The position numbers and the translations under genes were made by a program. 32,000 nt of DNA from an uncultured Methanomassiliicoccales archaeon (GTDB lineage Archaea; Thermoplasmatota; Thermoplasmata; RBG-16-68-12; CAYFXO01), in assembly GCA_964347125.1 (NCBI GenBank), contig CAYFXO010000001.1, forward strand, positions 5,557 to 37,556, written 5' to 3'. Below are positions 1 through 8,592 of this stretch, piece by piece. Numbering within the stretch: the stretch's first letter is position 1; every line of letters begins with the position of its first letter. The notes beneath the pieces are model-generated. The model did no database searches. It was not told the DNA's origin and was given only the letters and a program-made list of their open reading frames with translations.

Positions 1-280
1 CCAACGACCGCTTCAGGTTGTCCATGGCCCCTTCGCGCGAGCGGCTGCGGGTCTTCGTCGCGATGAAGAACTCCCCCTGGTGCTTCTCCATCCAGGAACC
101 CATGAGCTGCTCCGCGCTGCCGTACATGGGGGCGGTGTCGATGTGGTTGATCCCGTGCTCCTTCAGGAGGGCCAACGCGCCGTCCGCCTCCTCGGGGGTC
201 GACCTGCTGAGGGCGTAGGATCCGAAGATGACGCGAGTGCTTCGGTGTCCCGTGCGTCCGAACTCCTGTTTCGGAATCAT
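1..280 (-). CDS. aldo/keto reductase family oxidoreductase, N-terminal part (gene runs off the window start)
   Basis: Not in the ORF track because it runs off the edge. My minus-strand translation from ATG 280: MIPKQEFGRTGHRSTRVIFGSYALSRSTPEEADGALALLKEHGINHIDTAPMYGSAEQLMGSWMEKHQGEFFIATKT... The HIDTAxxYG..E..G pattern is typical of AKR N-termini. GC3 is high. Confidence 0.7.
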   Translation of the reverse strand, partial: MIPKQEFGRTGHRSTRVIFGSYALSRSTPEEADGALALLKEHGINHIDTAPMYGSAEQLMGSWMEKHQGEFFIATKTRSRSREGAMDNLKRSL

Positions 281-445
281 CCTGGCGTCCCTCCACCCCT
301 CTGGCGCTTGGGCGATGTGGGTGTATCGCCGGGGGCCTCATAACGCATTCGTACCCACGGGGAAGACCGACACGGGTTCCTGGAAATCGTGCGGACGGCA
401 AGGAGGGTCATCGACGCCGTGGAGGCCCGAATCGGCGGGGGCCGC

Positions 446-1123
446 CTAGGTCAGCTCTTGGGCCTTGCGGACGAGCTTCTTCGCCTGGCGGTAGCTCAGT
501 TCGGACTCATCCGCCAAGTGTTTTGGGTCCGCCTCCGCGAGCTCCTCCACGGTCCGGATCCCCAGACCCCGCAGCTCCGCTTCCGTCGCGCTCCCGAGAC
601 CCGGGAGGTTTCGCAGGGGGGCGCCCTTCGCTCGACGGGGCATTGCGCGCAGGGCCACGAAGGCCACCCCGCCAATCAGGAGGGGGATGCCGACCCACAG
701 ACCGATGTCCAGGAGGAGGTTCGGGCACTCCGGGGTGAAGTCCGCTGCCACGACGAGATCCACCTGCTTTCGCCGCAGGGTCTCCGTGTCGAGGGGGTCG
801 AAGTCCATGGACGTCATCGCGGAGACGCCCGCGCCGGGGACGTAGACCGTCACGGGCAGGCCCACCTCGTCGCTGTGGACGTGGAGCTGGATCGAGTAGG
901 CGCCGCCACCGTCCGCCCGGGTGGAGCGGTTCTTGTCCGTCCCGGCGGGGTACTCCGCGACGTACGCAACGACGGGGGCGTTGCAGACCCCAGAGCCGTC
1001 GGGGTGGAGGACGCGGCCGTGGACCTGAAAGCGGTGGTCGGCCTCGTGTTCCGCCGTCGCGGGGGGCACCGCGAGGAGAAGAAGGGGAACGAGGGCCCCC
1101 AGCACCCACGCGACCCGCCTCAT
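446..1123 (-). CDS. secreted/membrane protein: signal peptide, beta-rich ectodomain, one TM helix, C-terminal helix-hairpin-helix-like tail
   Basis: In-frame part of track ORF 446..1447. I place the start at ATG 1123 (MRRVAWVLGALVPLLLLAVPPATA looks like a signal peptide). The upstream 108 codons are Arg-rich and overlap a better small ORF. TM helix IGLWVGIPLLIGGVAFVAL. Tail LPGLGSATEAELRGLGIRTVEELAEADPKHL is HhH-like. Confidence 0.7.
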   Translation of the reverse strand: MRRVAWVLGALVPLLLLAVPPATAEHEADHRFQVHGRVLHPDGSGVCNAPVVAYVAEYPAGTDKNRSTRADGGGAYSIQLHVHSDEVGLPVTVYVPGAGVSAMTSMDFDPLDTETLRRKQVDLVVAADFTPECPNLLLDIGLWVGIPLLIGGVAFVALRAMPRRAKGAPLRNLPGLGSATEAELRGLGIRTVEELAEADPKHLADESELSYRQAKKLVRKAQELT

Positions 1124-1263
1124 TCCTCGACCTCCCGCTCGATGATCAGCGCCCCGACGTAGTCGCAGTTCTTGCAGTGGTACTTGTAGCCGGTGATGAG
1201 CCCCGCCTCGTAGAACACGTCGGCGGAGCCGCAGTCGGGACACGTGAGGATCTTCTTGCCCAC
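1120..1263 (-). CDS. small zinc-ribbon protein (47 aa), GTG start
   Basis: Absent from the track (<60 aa). Minus strand GTG 1263 to TGA 1120: (M)GKKILTCPDCGSADVFYEAGLITGYKYHCKNCDYVGALIIEREVEE. It has two CxxC pairs and high GC3. Its stop overlaps the next gene's ATG (ATGA at 1120-1123). Confidence 0.5.
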   Translation of the reverse strand: MGKKILTCPDCGSADVFYEAGLITGYKYHCKNCDYVGALIIEREVEE

Positions 1264-1370
1264 GTGGGGTCGATTCGCGCCGCGCGTATTTGAGGTTCAC
1301 CACAAAGGGGGGGAGGAACCGCCTAACCGCAACCCTTAAGAGAAGGGGCCTGGCTCTGTGGCGGCGCGTC

Positions 1371-2282
1371 ATGTCACACCTGTCCTCTACCCGGAAAGGG
1401 GCCACCGATGTCTTCGGCATCCTGGTCGTGGTCTCCATCCTCCTCATCGCGAGCCTAGCCTACATCATCCTCACCCTCCCCGCGCCTTCGACCCGCGGGC
1501 GGGAGATCCTTTACCTACAGAACGGGGACATCGCCCGGGTGGACTTCGTCGCCACCCTCGACACCGGGGAGGTCTTCGCCACGAGCCTGGCCTCCGTGGG
1601 GGACAACGACAAGACCTACCCGAAGTCCCTCGCCTTCGACCCGCCCCTGACCTACGCACCCATCAACGTGACCATGGGGGCGCCCATGACGGGTCCCGGC
1701 TTCGAGGGCCTCGTGGACCAGGGGACGGGAATCCAACAGGCGCTCCGGGGGATGGCCATCGGCGAGACCCGCACGGTGACCCTGGAGCCCGCCGAGGCCT
1801 TCGGGGTCCACGACCCCGTCCTCGTGGAGACCCGGAACCTCGTGGAGTCGCAGCCCCTGAAGGAGACGGTCACCCTCCCCGAGTGGAACTCCCGGTTCCT
1901 CCAAGTCCCGACGGAGGACCAGACGGTCCTCGACCCGTTTTGGGGCTGGCCCGTCCGGGTCCTGGAGTTCGACGAGGGGACCCAGCTCATCACGTTCCGG
2001 GCGGAGCCCCAAGAAGGGGACCTCCTCACCCCGTTCAAGACCTTCCAGACCCGCGTGGAGAAGGTGGACGCCGCCGCCAACGGGGGCGAGGGCCTCGTCC
2101 AGGTCGGCCACCTCTTGACGTCGGAGGACGAGGGGAAGGTGTTCGCCGAGGGCCTCCAGGGCGGTTTCCTGGTGGTGGGGGTCGACGAGGCGGGCGGGAC
2201 GTTCCTCGCGGACCGGAACGATATCCGGCGGGACCATGCGGCCACTTACGAGATCACGCTGCTGAGCATCTCGCGGCCGTGA
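1371..2282 (+). CDS. membrane-anchored FKBP-type peptidyl-prolyl cis-trans isomerase
   Basis: Track ORF 1290..2282. ATG 1371 (MSHLSSTRKGATDVFGILVVVSILLIASLAYIILTL) gives an N-terminal TM anchor. FKBP signatures: GDIARVDFVATLDTGEVFATS and ALRGMAIGETRTVTLEPAEAFG. Confidence 0.8.
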   Translation: MSHLSSTRKGATDVFGILVVVSILLIASLAYIILTLPAPSTRGREILYLQNGDIARVDFVATLDTGEVFATSLASVGDNDKTYPKSLAFDPPLTYAPINVTMGAPMTGPGFEGLVDQGTGIQQALRGMAIGETRTVTLEPAEAFGVHDPVLVETRNLVESQPLKETVTLPEWNSRFLQVPTEDQTVLDPFWGWPVRVLEFDEGTQLITFRAEPQEGDLLTPFKTFQTRVEKVDAAANGGEGLVQVGHLLTSEDEGKVFAEGLQGGFLVVGVDEAGGTFLADRNDIRRDHAATYEITLLSISRP

Positions 2283-2285
2283 GCC

Positions 2286-2993
2286 TCAGTACCTCTGGCG
2301 GGCATAGGGGACGTCCTCGATCTCCCCGCCGAAGAGGACCTTCAGGTCCCCGCGGAGCCACGTGAGAAGGGTGTTCCCGTACCCGTTCTTCTCCATCCGG
2401 CGCGTCGAGAGGCGCACGAAGAGGCGGGGGTCGTACACGATGCGCCCCTCCCGCTTCAGGCGGAAGGCGATCTCCACGTCGTCAGAGTGGGGGAGGCTCC
2501 GGTAGCCGCCGATTCGTAGGAAGACATCGCGGCGGAAGGCGGAGTTCCCGCCCCCCGTGGTGTAGATGCCCAGGCGGGCGAAGATACGAATGAGGTTCCT
2601 CAGGAACAGGAACGTGAGCCGCGCCTTCCAGTCCTGCTCGATGGGGCCGTCGGGGCCGCACACCGCGACGACATCCGGGTGGTCGAAGTGGGCGAGGATG
2701 CGGGCAAGCCAATCGGAGGGCAGGAGAACGTCCGCGTCCGTCGTGGCGACGAGGGGGGCCTCGGCCACCCGCACGCCGTCGTTCCGGGCGCCGCCCACGC
2801 CCTTCGAGACCTGCCGGATCACCCGGTCGGCGCGGCGGGCGGCAATCTCCGGCGTCCCGTCCGTGCTGTCGCCGTCGACCACGATGACCTCGAACGCGTC
2901 CCGCGGGAGCGTCTGGGCATCGAACTGCGTCAGGAAGGCCTCGATCCCCGCGGCCTCGTTGTAGGTGGGCACGACGACGGAGAGGCGGGGCAT
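2286..2993 (-). CDS. family 2 glycosyltransferase
   Basis: MPRLSVVVPTYNEA..., VIVVDGDSTDGT and TTDADVLLP (DxD-type) are classic GT2 motifs. It lies directly downstream of the flavoprotein gene (that gene's stop codon ends at 2995). Confidence 0.9.
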   Translation of the reverse strand: MPRLSVVVPTYNEAAGIEAFLTQFDAQTLPRDAFEVIVVDGDSTDGTPEIAARRADRVIRQVSKGVGGARNDGVRVAEAPLVATTDADVLLPSDWLARILAHFDHPDVVAVCGPDGPIEQDWKARLTFLFLRNLIRIFARLGIYTTGGGNSAFRRDVFLRIGGYRSLPHSDDVEIAFRLKREGRIVYDPRLFVRLSTRRMEKNGYGNTLLTWLRGDLKVLFGGEIEDVPYARQRY

Positions 2994-2994
2994 C

Positions 2995-4296
2995 TCAACC
3001 GCCCATGGAACGGGCCAGGTCGAAGGCGGACCGCAGGCACATGTCCGTGTTGATGTACCGAAGCTCGCCCTGGCGCCCGCACAGCCGGATGCCCAGGCCC
3101 TCCACGTAGTCCTTCACGATCCGGGCGTTCCGTTCGAAGTCCAGGGAGAAGACGACGTAGGCGCGGGGGACCCGGGCCACCTTGGTGTAGATGACGTCCT
3201 GGCGGCGGAGGAGGCCGTGCTCGTGCAGCTTGTCCACGACGTGCTCCACCAGGGCCACATTGGGCATGCTCCAGACGTCGTCGCCGCGGTGGCAGGTGAT
3301 TTCCGCGAGGACCGACGAGGTCCCTTCGGGGGCGTTGCGGTCGCTGTAGTTCGAGGGGAAGGAGACCCGGTTGAAGAGGCCGTCCTCCCACCGGGGGAAG
3401 TAGAGCCAGGAGAGGTCGTTGAGCTCCGCCCGGTCCAGGCCGAGCATCACGGTGACGACGGAGTTGACCTGGAGCTTGGATGCGGCCTCCAGGACCTCCG
3501 GGGGGGTGCCATCCAGGAGGCGGACGAGGAGGGGGAGGGGAATCGTGGACACGAGGCGGTCGTAGGTCCGCTCCTCCGTATCGCTCCGGACGGTGTAGCG
3601 GCCGTTGTCGGCGCGGATCCCGGTGACCTCCCAGTCCGTCACCACCGAGGGGCACTGGGCGGCGATGGCCTTCGGGAGGGCCTCGATCCCCCCTTCCCGC
3701 GGGTAGACGAAGTTCAGCTGGTGGACGTAGCCCTCCGACTCCAGGCCGAGGGACGCCTTGACGATGTCCTCCAGGGGCGGCTCGGGGACCCGGCCGTCGA
3801 CCCAGTCCAGGGCCATGTCCCGAGGCTCCGCCTTCCAGATCTTCTGGTTGTACGGGATGAGGTATTTCGTGGCGATCCCCGGGCCGAAGCGGTAGTGCAT
3901 CCACTCCTCGAAGTTGCCGGGACGGGCGGCGGTCCCCGCCTGGCGGGCGATGTAGGCCTCCAGGAAGCCCTGCAGGCACTCGAAGTTCTCCTCGAGGGGG
4001 AGGTCCCGGAGGCCGTTCTCGAAGGGGTACTTCACGAGGCGGTCCCGGTAGAAGATCTTCGTGTTCCGGCGGCGGCGGGCCAGGTTGTCGCCCAGGGTCC
4101 GCTCGACGAAGGCGGAGATCTCCTCGTCCTTGGAGAACAGGATGTGGGAGCCGCAATAGTCGAAGGTGAACCCCTCTTCCGTGAGGCTCTTGCAGAGGCC
4201 CCCGGGGCGGTCCGTCTTCTCTAGAACCTCGGAGTCCGGCAGGGCGGAGGCGACCGCCAAACCTGTCAACCCGCCGCCGAGGACGCCTGTCGTCAT
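2995..4296 (-). CDS. FAD-dependent oxidoreductase, UDP-galactopyranose-mutase-like / amine-oxidase fold (tentative)
   Basis: C-terminal 433 codons of track ORF 2995..5028. Start at ATG 4296: MTTGVLGGGLTGLAVASAL...EKTDRPGGL (GxGxxG dinucleotide fold). YLIPYNQKIWK resembles the UGM Y..K.W motif. The upstream extension is Pro/Arg-rich and overlaps the DedA gene out of frame. Confidence 0.75.
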   Translation of the reverse strand: MTTGVLGGGLTGLAVASALPDSEVLEKTDRPGGLCKSLTEEGFTFDYCGSHILFSKDEEISAFVERTLGDNLARRRRNTKIFYRDRLVKYPFENGLRDLPLEENFECLQGFLEAYIARQAGTAARPGNFEEWMHYRFGPGIATKYLIPYNQKIWKAEPRDMALDWVDGRVPEPPLEDIVKASLGLESEGYVHQLNFVYPREGGIEALPKAIAAQCPSVVTDWEVTGIRADNGRYTVRSDTEERTYDRLVSTIPLPLLVRLLDGTPPEVLEAASKLQVNSVVTVMLGLDRAELNDLSWLYFPRWEDGLFNRVSFPSNYSDRNAPEGTSSVLAEITCHRGDDVWSMPNVALVEHVVDKLHEHGLLRRQDVIYTKVARVPRAYVVFSLDFERNARIVKDYVEGLGIRLCGRQGELRYINTDMCLRSAFDLARSMGG

Positions 4297-4324
4297 GCGC
4301 TCCCGCCCCGTAGAAGGGGCTTTG

Positions 4325-4337
4325 CCATATACCTTTC
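4325..4337 (-). promoter_or_regulatory. candidate TATA-like box for the flavoprotein-GT2 pair
   Basis: The minus strand reads GAAAGGTATATGG about 33 nt upstream of ATG 4296. It is nearly identical to the AAAAAGGTATATCC element upstream of the GNAT gene at 20224. Confidence 0.35.
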
Positions 4338-4928
4338 TCACTCGTTCTCGGCGGCGAGCATCCGTCGGCGGCGGAGGAGGGCGACGGCGGCGCTCACGGC
4401 GACGAACACGATGACGAAGATGAGGGTGAGGTTGGCGGCCAGGTCCTCGGGGTAGACCCACCGGAAGGCGCCCACGAGCAGGAGGAGGGCGGAGTACTTC
4501 GCGAGGCCGCCGACCACGATGAAGAGGACGGAGCGGCGGTAGTCCCACTCGCAGGCCGCCATGAAGGCGCCCACGAAGGGGACGGCGGGGGCGATGCGGT
4601 TGGTGAGGATGAGCATCTCCCGCTCCGCGAGGAGGATGTCCGTCCACTTGTTCATGGCCGCGCGGAGCCGCTTCGGCAGGCCGACCCGGCGGACGACGAG
4701 GTACAGGGTCGTGTTCCCCAGGACCTCCGCCACCTCCGCGAGGAACAGGACGGTGAGGCCCCACTCCAGGGTGGCGTCCCCCGCCTGGAAGATGAGGACG
4801 GCGAAGATCTCCGGGAGGAGGGGGATGATGATGGCGTCGACGTAGAAGATGAGGAAGAGGGAGAAGAGGAGGCCCGCGGTCCCCAGGCCCTCGAAGAGCT
4901 GGATGATCTCCGTGCCGAGTCCGCTCAC
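4338..4928 (-). CDS. DedA/VTT (SNARE-associated) family membrane protein
   Basis: 196 aa with several TM helices. The pattern LLPEIFAVLIF...GNTTLYLVVRRVG..., with a conserved Gly/Arg region, is typical of DedA. GTG start at 4928. Confidence 0.75.
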   Translation of the reverse strand: MSGLGTEIIQLFEGLGTAGLLFSLFLIFYVDAIIIPLLPEIFAVLIFQAGDATLEWGLTVLFLAEVAEVLGNTTLYLVVRRVGLPKRLRAAMNKWTDILLAEREMLILTNRIAPAVPFVGAFMAACEWDYRRSVLFIVVGGLAKYSALLLLVGAFRWVYPEDLAANLTLIFVIVFVAVSAAVALLRRRRMLAAENE

Positions 4929-4964
4929 GTGGGGTCCACCGAACCTCGTCCTCAGGAGGGGGCC

Positions 4965-5222
4965 TCAGGCTCCGGGGGTGGAGCCGTTGAGGAGCTTGCC
5001 GTACAGCCGGACCAGCTTGCTGGTGCACCGGTCGACGGAGAACTGCTCCGCCACCGCCCGGGCGCGCTCCTTGAGCGCCCCGTTGGCGTCCAGGGCCCGC
5101 ACGACGGCGTCCGCGCAGCCGGTCACGTCCCCGGATTCGAAGAGGAACCCGGTCCTCCCCTCTTTCACGAAGTCCGGAATCGCCCGGTAGTTCACCCCCG
5201 CGACGGGCTTCCCGGTCGCCAT
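4965..5222 (-). CDS. GT4 glycosyltransferase C-terminal fragment (85 aa), probable remnant or split piece
   Basis: MATGKPVAGVNYRAIPDFVKEGRTGFLFESGDV matches the EAMAxGxPVV..xxGGxPExV.dG.tGfL region of GT4/GT-B enzymes. It lies 25 nt downstream of the truncated GT4 ORF, in another frame. Confidence 0.6.
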   Translation of the reverse strand: MATGKPVAGVNYRAIPDFVKEGRTGFLFESGDVTGCADAVVRALDANGALKERARAVAEQFSVDRCTSKLVRLYGKLLNGSTPGA

Positions 5223-5247
5223 GGCCCTCGTTGGTTTCTACCTGGTA

Positions 5248-6201
5248 TTATGGGGCATGGACCGAAGTGGCTACCACCGGTGTGCCCAACGACATGGCCT
5301 CCAGGACCACGAGGCCCTGGGTCTCGAAGGTGGAGCAGATGGCGAAGGCGTCCGCCGCGGCGTAGTACTGGGGCAGCTCGTCCTCAGGGACGAACCCGGT
5401 GAAGGTGACGACGTCGTCCAGGCCCATGGCCTGGGACATCTCGCGGTACGAACCGAAGGCGGGGCCCTTCCCCACGACCATGAGGTGGGCGTCCGGGCGG
5501 GTCTTTCGGATCCGGTGGAGCGCCCCCAGGAGCTGCTCCAGGTGCTTCTCCGGGGACATGCGGCCCACGGTAAGGATGAGCTCCTCCCCGTCCAGGCCCC
5601 ACTTCTCCCGCACGCCGCTACCGTCGACGCCGGGGTGGAACCGGTCGCTGTCCACGCCCGTGGGGATGACCTCCAGGCGGCGGATCTTCGGGGCGAGGTC
5701 CCGGAGTTCCTCGGAGATGGAGGGCGTGGGGGCGACGACCCCGCCGCACTTGTGGAGGAAGATCCGGAGGTAGAACCGCATCGCGGACTCCAGGAACCCG
5801 ATGCGGAGCTGGAGGGGGGAGTAGTAGGCGAGGGCGTCCACGACCATCGTGTGGAACGTGAGGACCATGGGGATGCGGAGATCGAAGGCCGCCCAGAGGC
5901 CCTTCACCCCCACGGACCCGATGCCATGAGAATGGACGAGGTCCACGTCGTACTCGCGGAGGATCCTGGGCTCGCAGGTCGGGAGGATGGAGGCCATGCG
6001 GTAGCCGGGGTACGAGGGGAGCTCCCGCGCGCGGAGGTAGACCACCCCCGGCTCCTCCCCGTTCCCCTGCCGCCGGTCCTCGGGAGCGAAGACGATGATC
6101 TCGTGCCCGTCGGCCTCCAGGGCCTGCTTCGTGGTGAGGAGGGAGTTGACCACCCCGTCTACCGCCGGAAGGTACGAGTCCGTGAACAGCGCGATCCGCA
6201 A
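5248..6201 (-). CDS. GT4 (GT-B fold) glycosyltransferase, truncated within the C-terminal nucleotide-sugar-binding motif
   Basis: TTG start 6201. MRIALFTDSYLPAVDGVVNS... is a typical GT4 N-terminus. The ORF ends ...FETQGLVVLEAMSLGTPVVATSVHAP-stop, inside the conserved EAM..G.PVV motif. Confidence 0.75.
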   Translation of the reverse strand: MRIALFTDSYLPAVDGVVNSLLTTKQALEADGHEIIVFAPEDRRQGNGEEPGVVYLRARELPSYPGYRMASILPTCEPRILREYDVDLVHSHGIGSVGVKGLWAAFDLRIPMVLTFHTMVVDALAYYSPLQLRIGFLESAMRFYLRIFLHKCGGVVAPTPSISEELRDLAPKIRRLEVIPTGVDSDRFHPGVDGSGVREKWGLDGEELILTVGRMSPEKHLEQLLGALHRIRKTRPDAHLMVVGKGPAFGSYREMSQAMGLDDVVTFTGFVPEDELPQYYAAADAFAICSTFETQGLVVLEAMSLGTPVVATSVHAP

Positions 6202-6205
6202 TCGT

Positions 6206-7516
6206 TCACCCCTGCGCTATTCTCCTGACCTTGTCCACGATGTCTTGCGGGTCGGTCCCCAGGACACGGATCATGGCCTCCTTGCCGACGCCGCCACGGT
6301 CCCAGATGACGTCGGGGACGCCGCCGTGGGCCCGGATGGCCTCCGCGGTGCCCCATTCCATCGTCGAGACCTTCTCCGGCTCCTGGCTCCTGTCAAAGGT
6401 GGAGGCGCTCAGTCCGAGGGCCCGAATTCGGTCGAGACTTTGCTCCGTAAACTTAAGGTTTGCGGCGGCGCGGATTCGGGGGTCCTCCCGGGAGGCGGTG
6501 ACGATGATGCGGGCCACGTGGCGGGAGGCGCCGAAGTCCGGCGGGCCAGTGACGGTGGCGACGCCGCCGACGGGGACGATGCGGCCCTTCAGGGCGCACA
6601 CGTCCTCGAGGGATTCGGGGAATGGGAGGGCGTAGCCCAGGTTCGTCCCCACCTCGGGGACCATCTCCAAGGGGAGGACCCCCGCCAGGGCCTCGGCCCC
6701 CTCCAGGACGGCCCGCCAGACCGCGTGGCGGTCTTCCGGGACGTGGGGGTGGATGGCCTCCACGCCCTTGCCGTAGGCGTAGTGGGCCTCGTGCCCCAGT
6801 ATGACCTGGCGCTTCGCTTGGCCCACCGCCGCGGGGACGTCCTTCCCTTGGGCCAGGTAGGCGGCGAGGAAGGCGGACAGGACGCAGCCGCTCCCGTGGA
6901 GTTCCAGGTCCAACCGTGGGCCCTCGAACCGCTGGAACGTCTCCCCGTCGAAGAGGACGTCCACCGCGGGTCCCTTCAGGTGGCCCCCCTTACATAGCAC
7001 GTACTTGGGGCCGAGGGAGTGGATCCGGCGGCACGCCTCTTCCATGGACTCGGGGTCGGTGACGCTGAACCGGGCCAGGACCGCGGCCTCGTGGAGGTTG
7101 GGGGTGACCACCGTGGCCATCGGGAGGAACTTCGCCTCCAGGGCTTCGACGAAGTCGTCGCGGGCGAGGGAATCGCCCACGGTGGCGACCAGGACGGGGT
7201 CCACGACCAGGGGGAGGTTCCGCCCCTTGAGCGCCCGGGCCACCGCCTCCACGATCTCCGCGGAGTAGAGCATCCCCGTCTTCGCCGCCCCCACGTCCAG
7301 GTCCGTGAGGACGGCCTCCAGCTGGGCCGTCACCATGTCCGGGGGAATCGGGTGGATGGCCTCGACGCCCTGCGTGTTCTGGGCGGTGATGGCGGTGAGG
7401 ACGCTGGCGCCGTGGACGCCCGCGGCGGCGAAGGCCTTCAGGTCCGCCTGGATGCCCGCGCCTCCAGAGGAATCGCTCCCCGCGATGGTCAACGCGCTCT
7501 TCACGGCGGCGAGCAA
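6206..7516 (-). CDS. thiDN: bifunctional hydroxymethylpyrimidine/phosphomethylpyrimidine kinase (ThiD) and thiamine-phosphate synthase (ThiN)
   Basis: The N-terminus [22 protein letters not shown]... is ThiD. The C-terminal roughly 170 aa ([11 protein letters not shown]...KGRIV...[15 protein letters not shown]) is a ThiN domain, so this is the archaeal fusion. The start is TTG 7516 or GTG 7504. Confidence 0.9.
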   Translation of the reverse strand: MLAAVKSALTIAGSDSSGGAGIQADLKAFAAAGVHGASVLTAITAQNTQGVEAIHPIPPDMVTAQLEAVLTDLDVGAAKTGMLYSAEIVEAVARALKGRNLPLVVDPVLVATVGDSLARDDFVEALEAKFLPMATVVTPNLHEAAVLARFSVTDPESMEEACRRIHSLGPKYVLCKGGHLKGPAVDVLFDGETFQRFEGPRLDLELHGSGCVLSAFLAAYLAQGKDVPAAVGQAKRQVILGHEAHYAYGKGVEAIHPHVPEDRHAVWRAVLEGAEALAGVLPLEMVPEVGTNLGYALPFPESLEDVCALKGRIVPVGGVATVTGPPDFGASRHVARIIVTASREDPRIRAAANLKFTEQSLDRIRALGLSASTFDRSQEPEKVSTMEWGTAEAIRAHGGVPDVIWDRGGVGKEAMIRVLGTDPQDIVDKVRRIAQG

Positions 7517-7613
7517 CGGGGGGTCCCCGCTTAAACTTGACTTGCCCAGTCTCAGGGCGGTGCAACGAACCTCCGCGGGCCGTCTGGCTCCCCCGAAGCG
7601 CAGGGCGCCCCGT

Positions 7614-7630
7614 CCGAAAATGGTTTATAG
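7614..7630 (+). promoter_or_regulatory. BRE/TATA-like promoter for the 7652 gene
   Basis: CCGAAAATGGTTTATAG ends about 22 nt before ATG 7652, consistent with a leaderless or short-leader archaeal transcript. Confidence 0.45.
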
Positions 7631-7651
7631 CTTCCTCCGGATGAATCGGCC

Positions 7652-8032
7652 ATGCGGGCCCGGAGCGGCCACATCCGGTTGGGGAAGAGGATCCAGTACA
7701 AGAGGCTCCTGCCCGTGTACGAGGAGATCCTCACCCGGTTCCTGGAGGAGACGGGTCAGATGCCGGAGAACGACCCGGAGTACGTCTCCGTCATCCTGGA
7801 GGAGAACCTGCGGGACCTGCGCCTCAACCGCAAGCCCGAGGGGTACAACCGGGAGTTCGGGATGCGCCTCATCTTCCCCATCAGCGACCGGGTGGAGTTC
7901 TACGTCTACGGTCGGGGGCGGACCACGGAGGTGCCCCGGATCACGGAGGTGCTCAGCCGCCTCCTCCACGAGAAGAAGATCAAGCACGAGGTGGACTGGG
8001 ACCAGCTCGTGGTGTTCCAGGACCGGGACTAG
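7652..8032 (+). CDS. hypothetical protein (126 aa)
   Basis: High GC3, a non-repetitive balanced composition and its own TATA-like element. I recognise no family. Confidence 0.6.
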   Translation: MRARSGHIRLGKRIQYKRLLPVYEEILTRFLEETGQMPENDPEYVSVILEENLRDLRLNRKPEGYNREFGMRLIFPISDRVEFYVYGRGRTTEVPRITEVLSRLLHEKKIKHEVDWDQLVVFQDRD

Positions 8033-8592
8033 CCGAGGTGGGCCTCCCGCAGCGTCGTGTAGATCGGTCCCTTCGGGGTGAGGACGCTCTGCTTCAGGCG
8101 GACCGCGTCCAGGGTCTGGGCGCCGAACTCCGCCCCCTGGTAGTCCCGCAGGACCTGCTGAAGGCGCTCCTTGTGGCGGCCCCCCTTCACGCGGCCCACG
8201 GTCACGTGGGGCCGGAACGGGCGGCGCTCCCGCTTGAAGCCCAGGGGCTCCAGCCCCGCCTCGAGGTCTGTGGCGATGCCTTCCAGGGGGGCCCCGCCCT
8301 CCATGCCGACCCAGACGACCTTGATGTGGCTGAGGCTGGGGAAGGCCCCCGCCCCGCGGAGGGTGATGGGGATGGCCTCCACCCCGGCGCACGCCTCCTG
8401 CAGCACCTCGTCGACGGCATCCACCGCCCCCTCCTCCGTGTCGCCCAGGAACTTCAGGGTCACGTGGAGAATGTTCAGGTCCACCATCTTGACCGGGGCC
8501 CCGGTCTCGGCCACCGCGGTCGCGAACCCCCGCAACCGCGCCCCCACCTCCAGGTCCGCCGCGATGAAGCACCGGATGGCCGCCACCGTCAC
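8029..8592 (-). CDS. thpR: RNA 2',3'-cyclic phosphodiesterase (2H family, LigT/ThpR)
   Basis: Two HxT/S motifs (HVTLKF and HVTVGR) at the expected spacing. I place the start at GTG 8592, which overlaps the pyrH stop (GTGA). The rest of track ORF 8029..9306 is out-of-frame overlap with pyrH. Confidence 0.85.
   Translation of the reverse strand: MTVAAIRCFIAADLEVGARLRGFATAVAETGAPVKMVDLNILHVTLKFLGDTEEGAVDAVDEVLQEACAGVEAIPITLRGAGAFPSLSHIKVVWVGMEGGAPLEGIATDLEAGLEPLGFKRERRPFRPHVTVGRVKGGRHKERLQQVLRDYQGAEFGAQTLDAVRLKQSVLTPKGPIYTTLREAHLG

Noticed and set aside
2930-4224. 408-aa minus-strand and 419-aa plus-strand ORFs overlapping the flavoprotein gene
   Set aside because: They are alternative and antisense frames with a Pro/Gly/Arg or Gly/Val/Glu/Asp-biased composition and no motifs.
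4297-5028. N-terminal 244-codon extension of track ORF 2995..5028
   Set aside because: It is a Pro/Arg/Gly-rich frame overlapping the DedA gene. The Rossmann GxGxxG N-terminus and a TATA-like element support ATG 4296.
8029-8032. The convergent 7652..8032 gene and thpR share a palindromic CTAG containing both stop codons
   Set aside because: This is a real sequence feature, but most simply a consequence of tight gene packing. There is nothing to suggest regulation.
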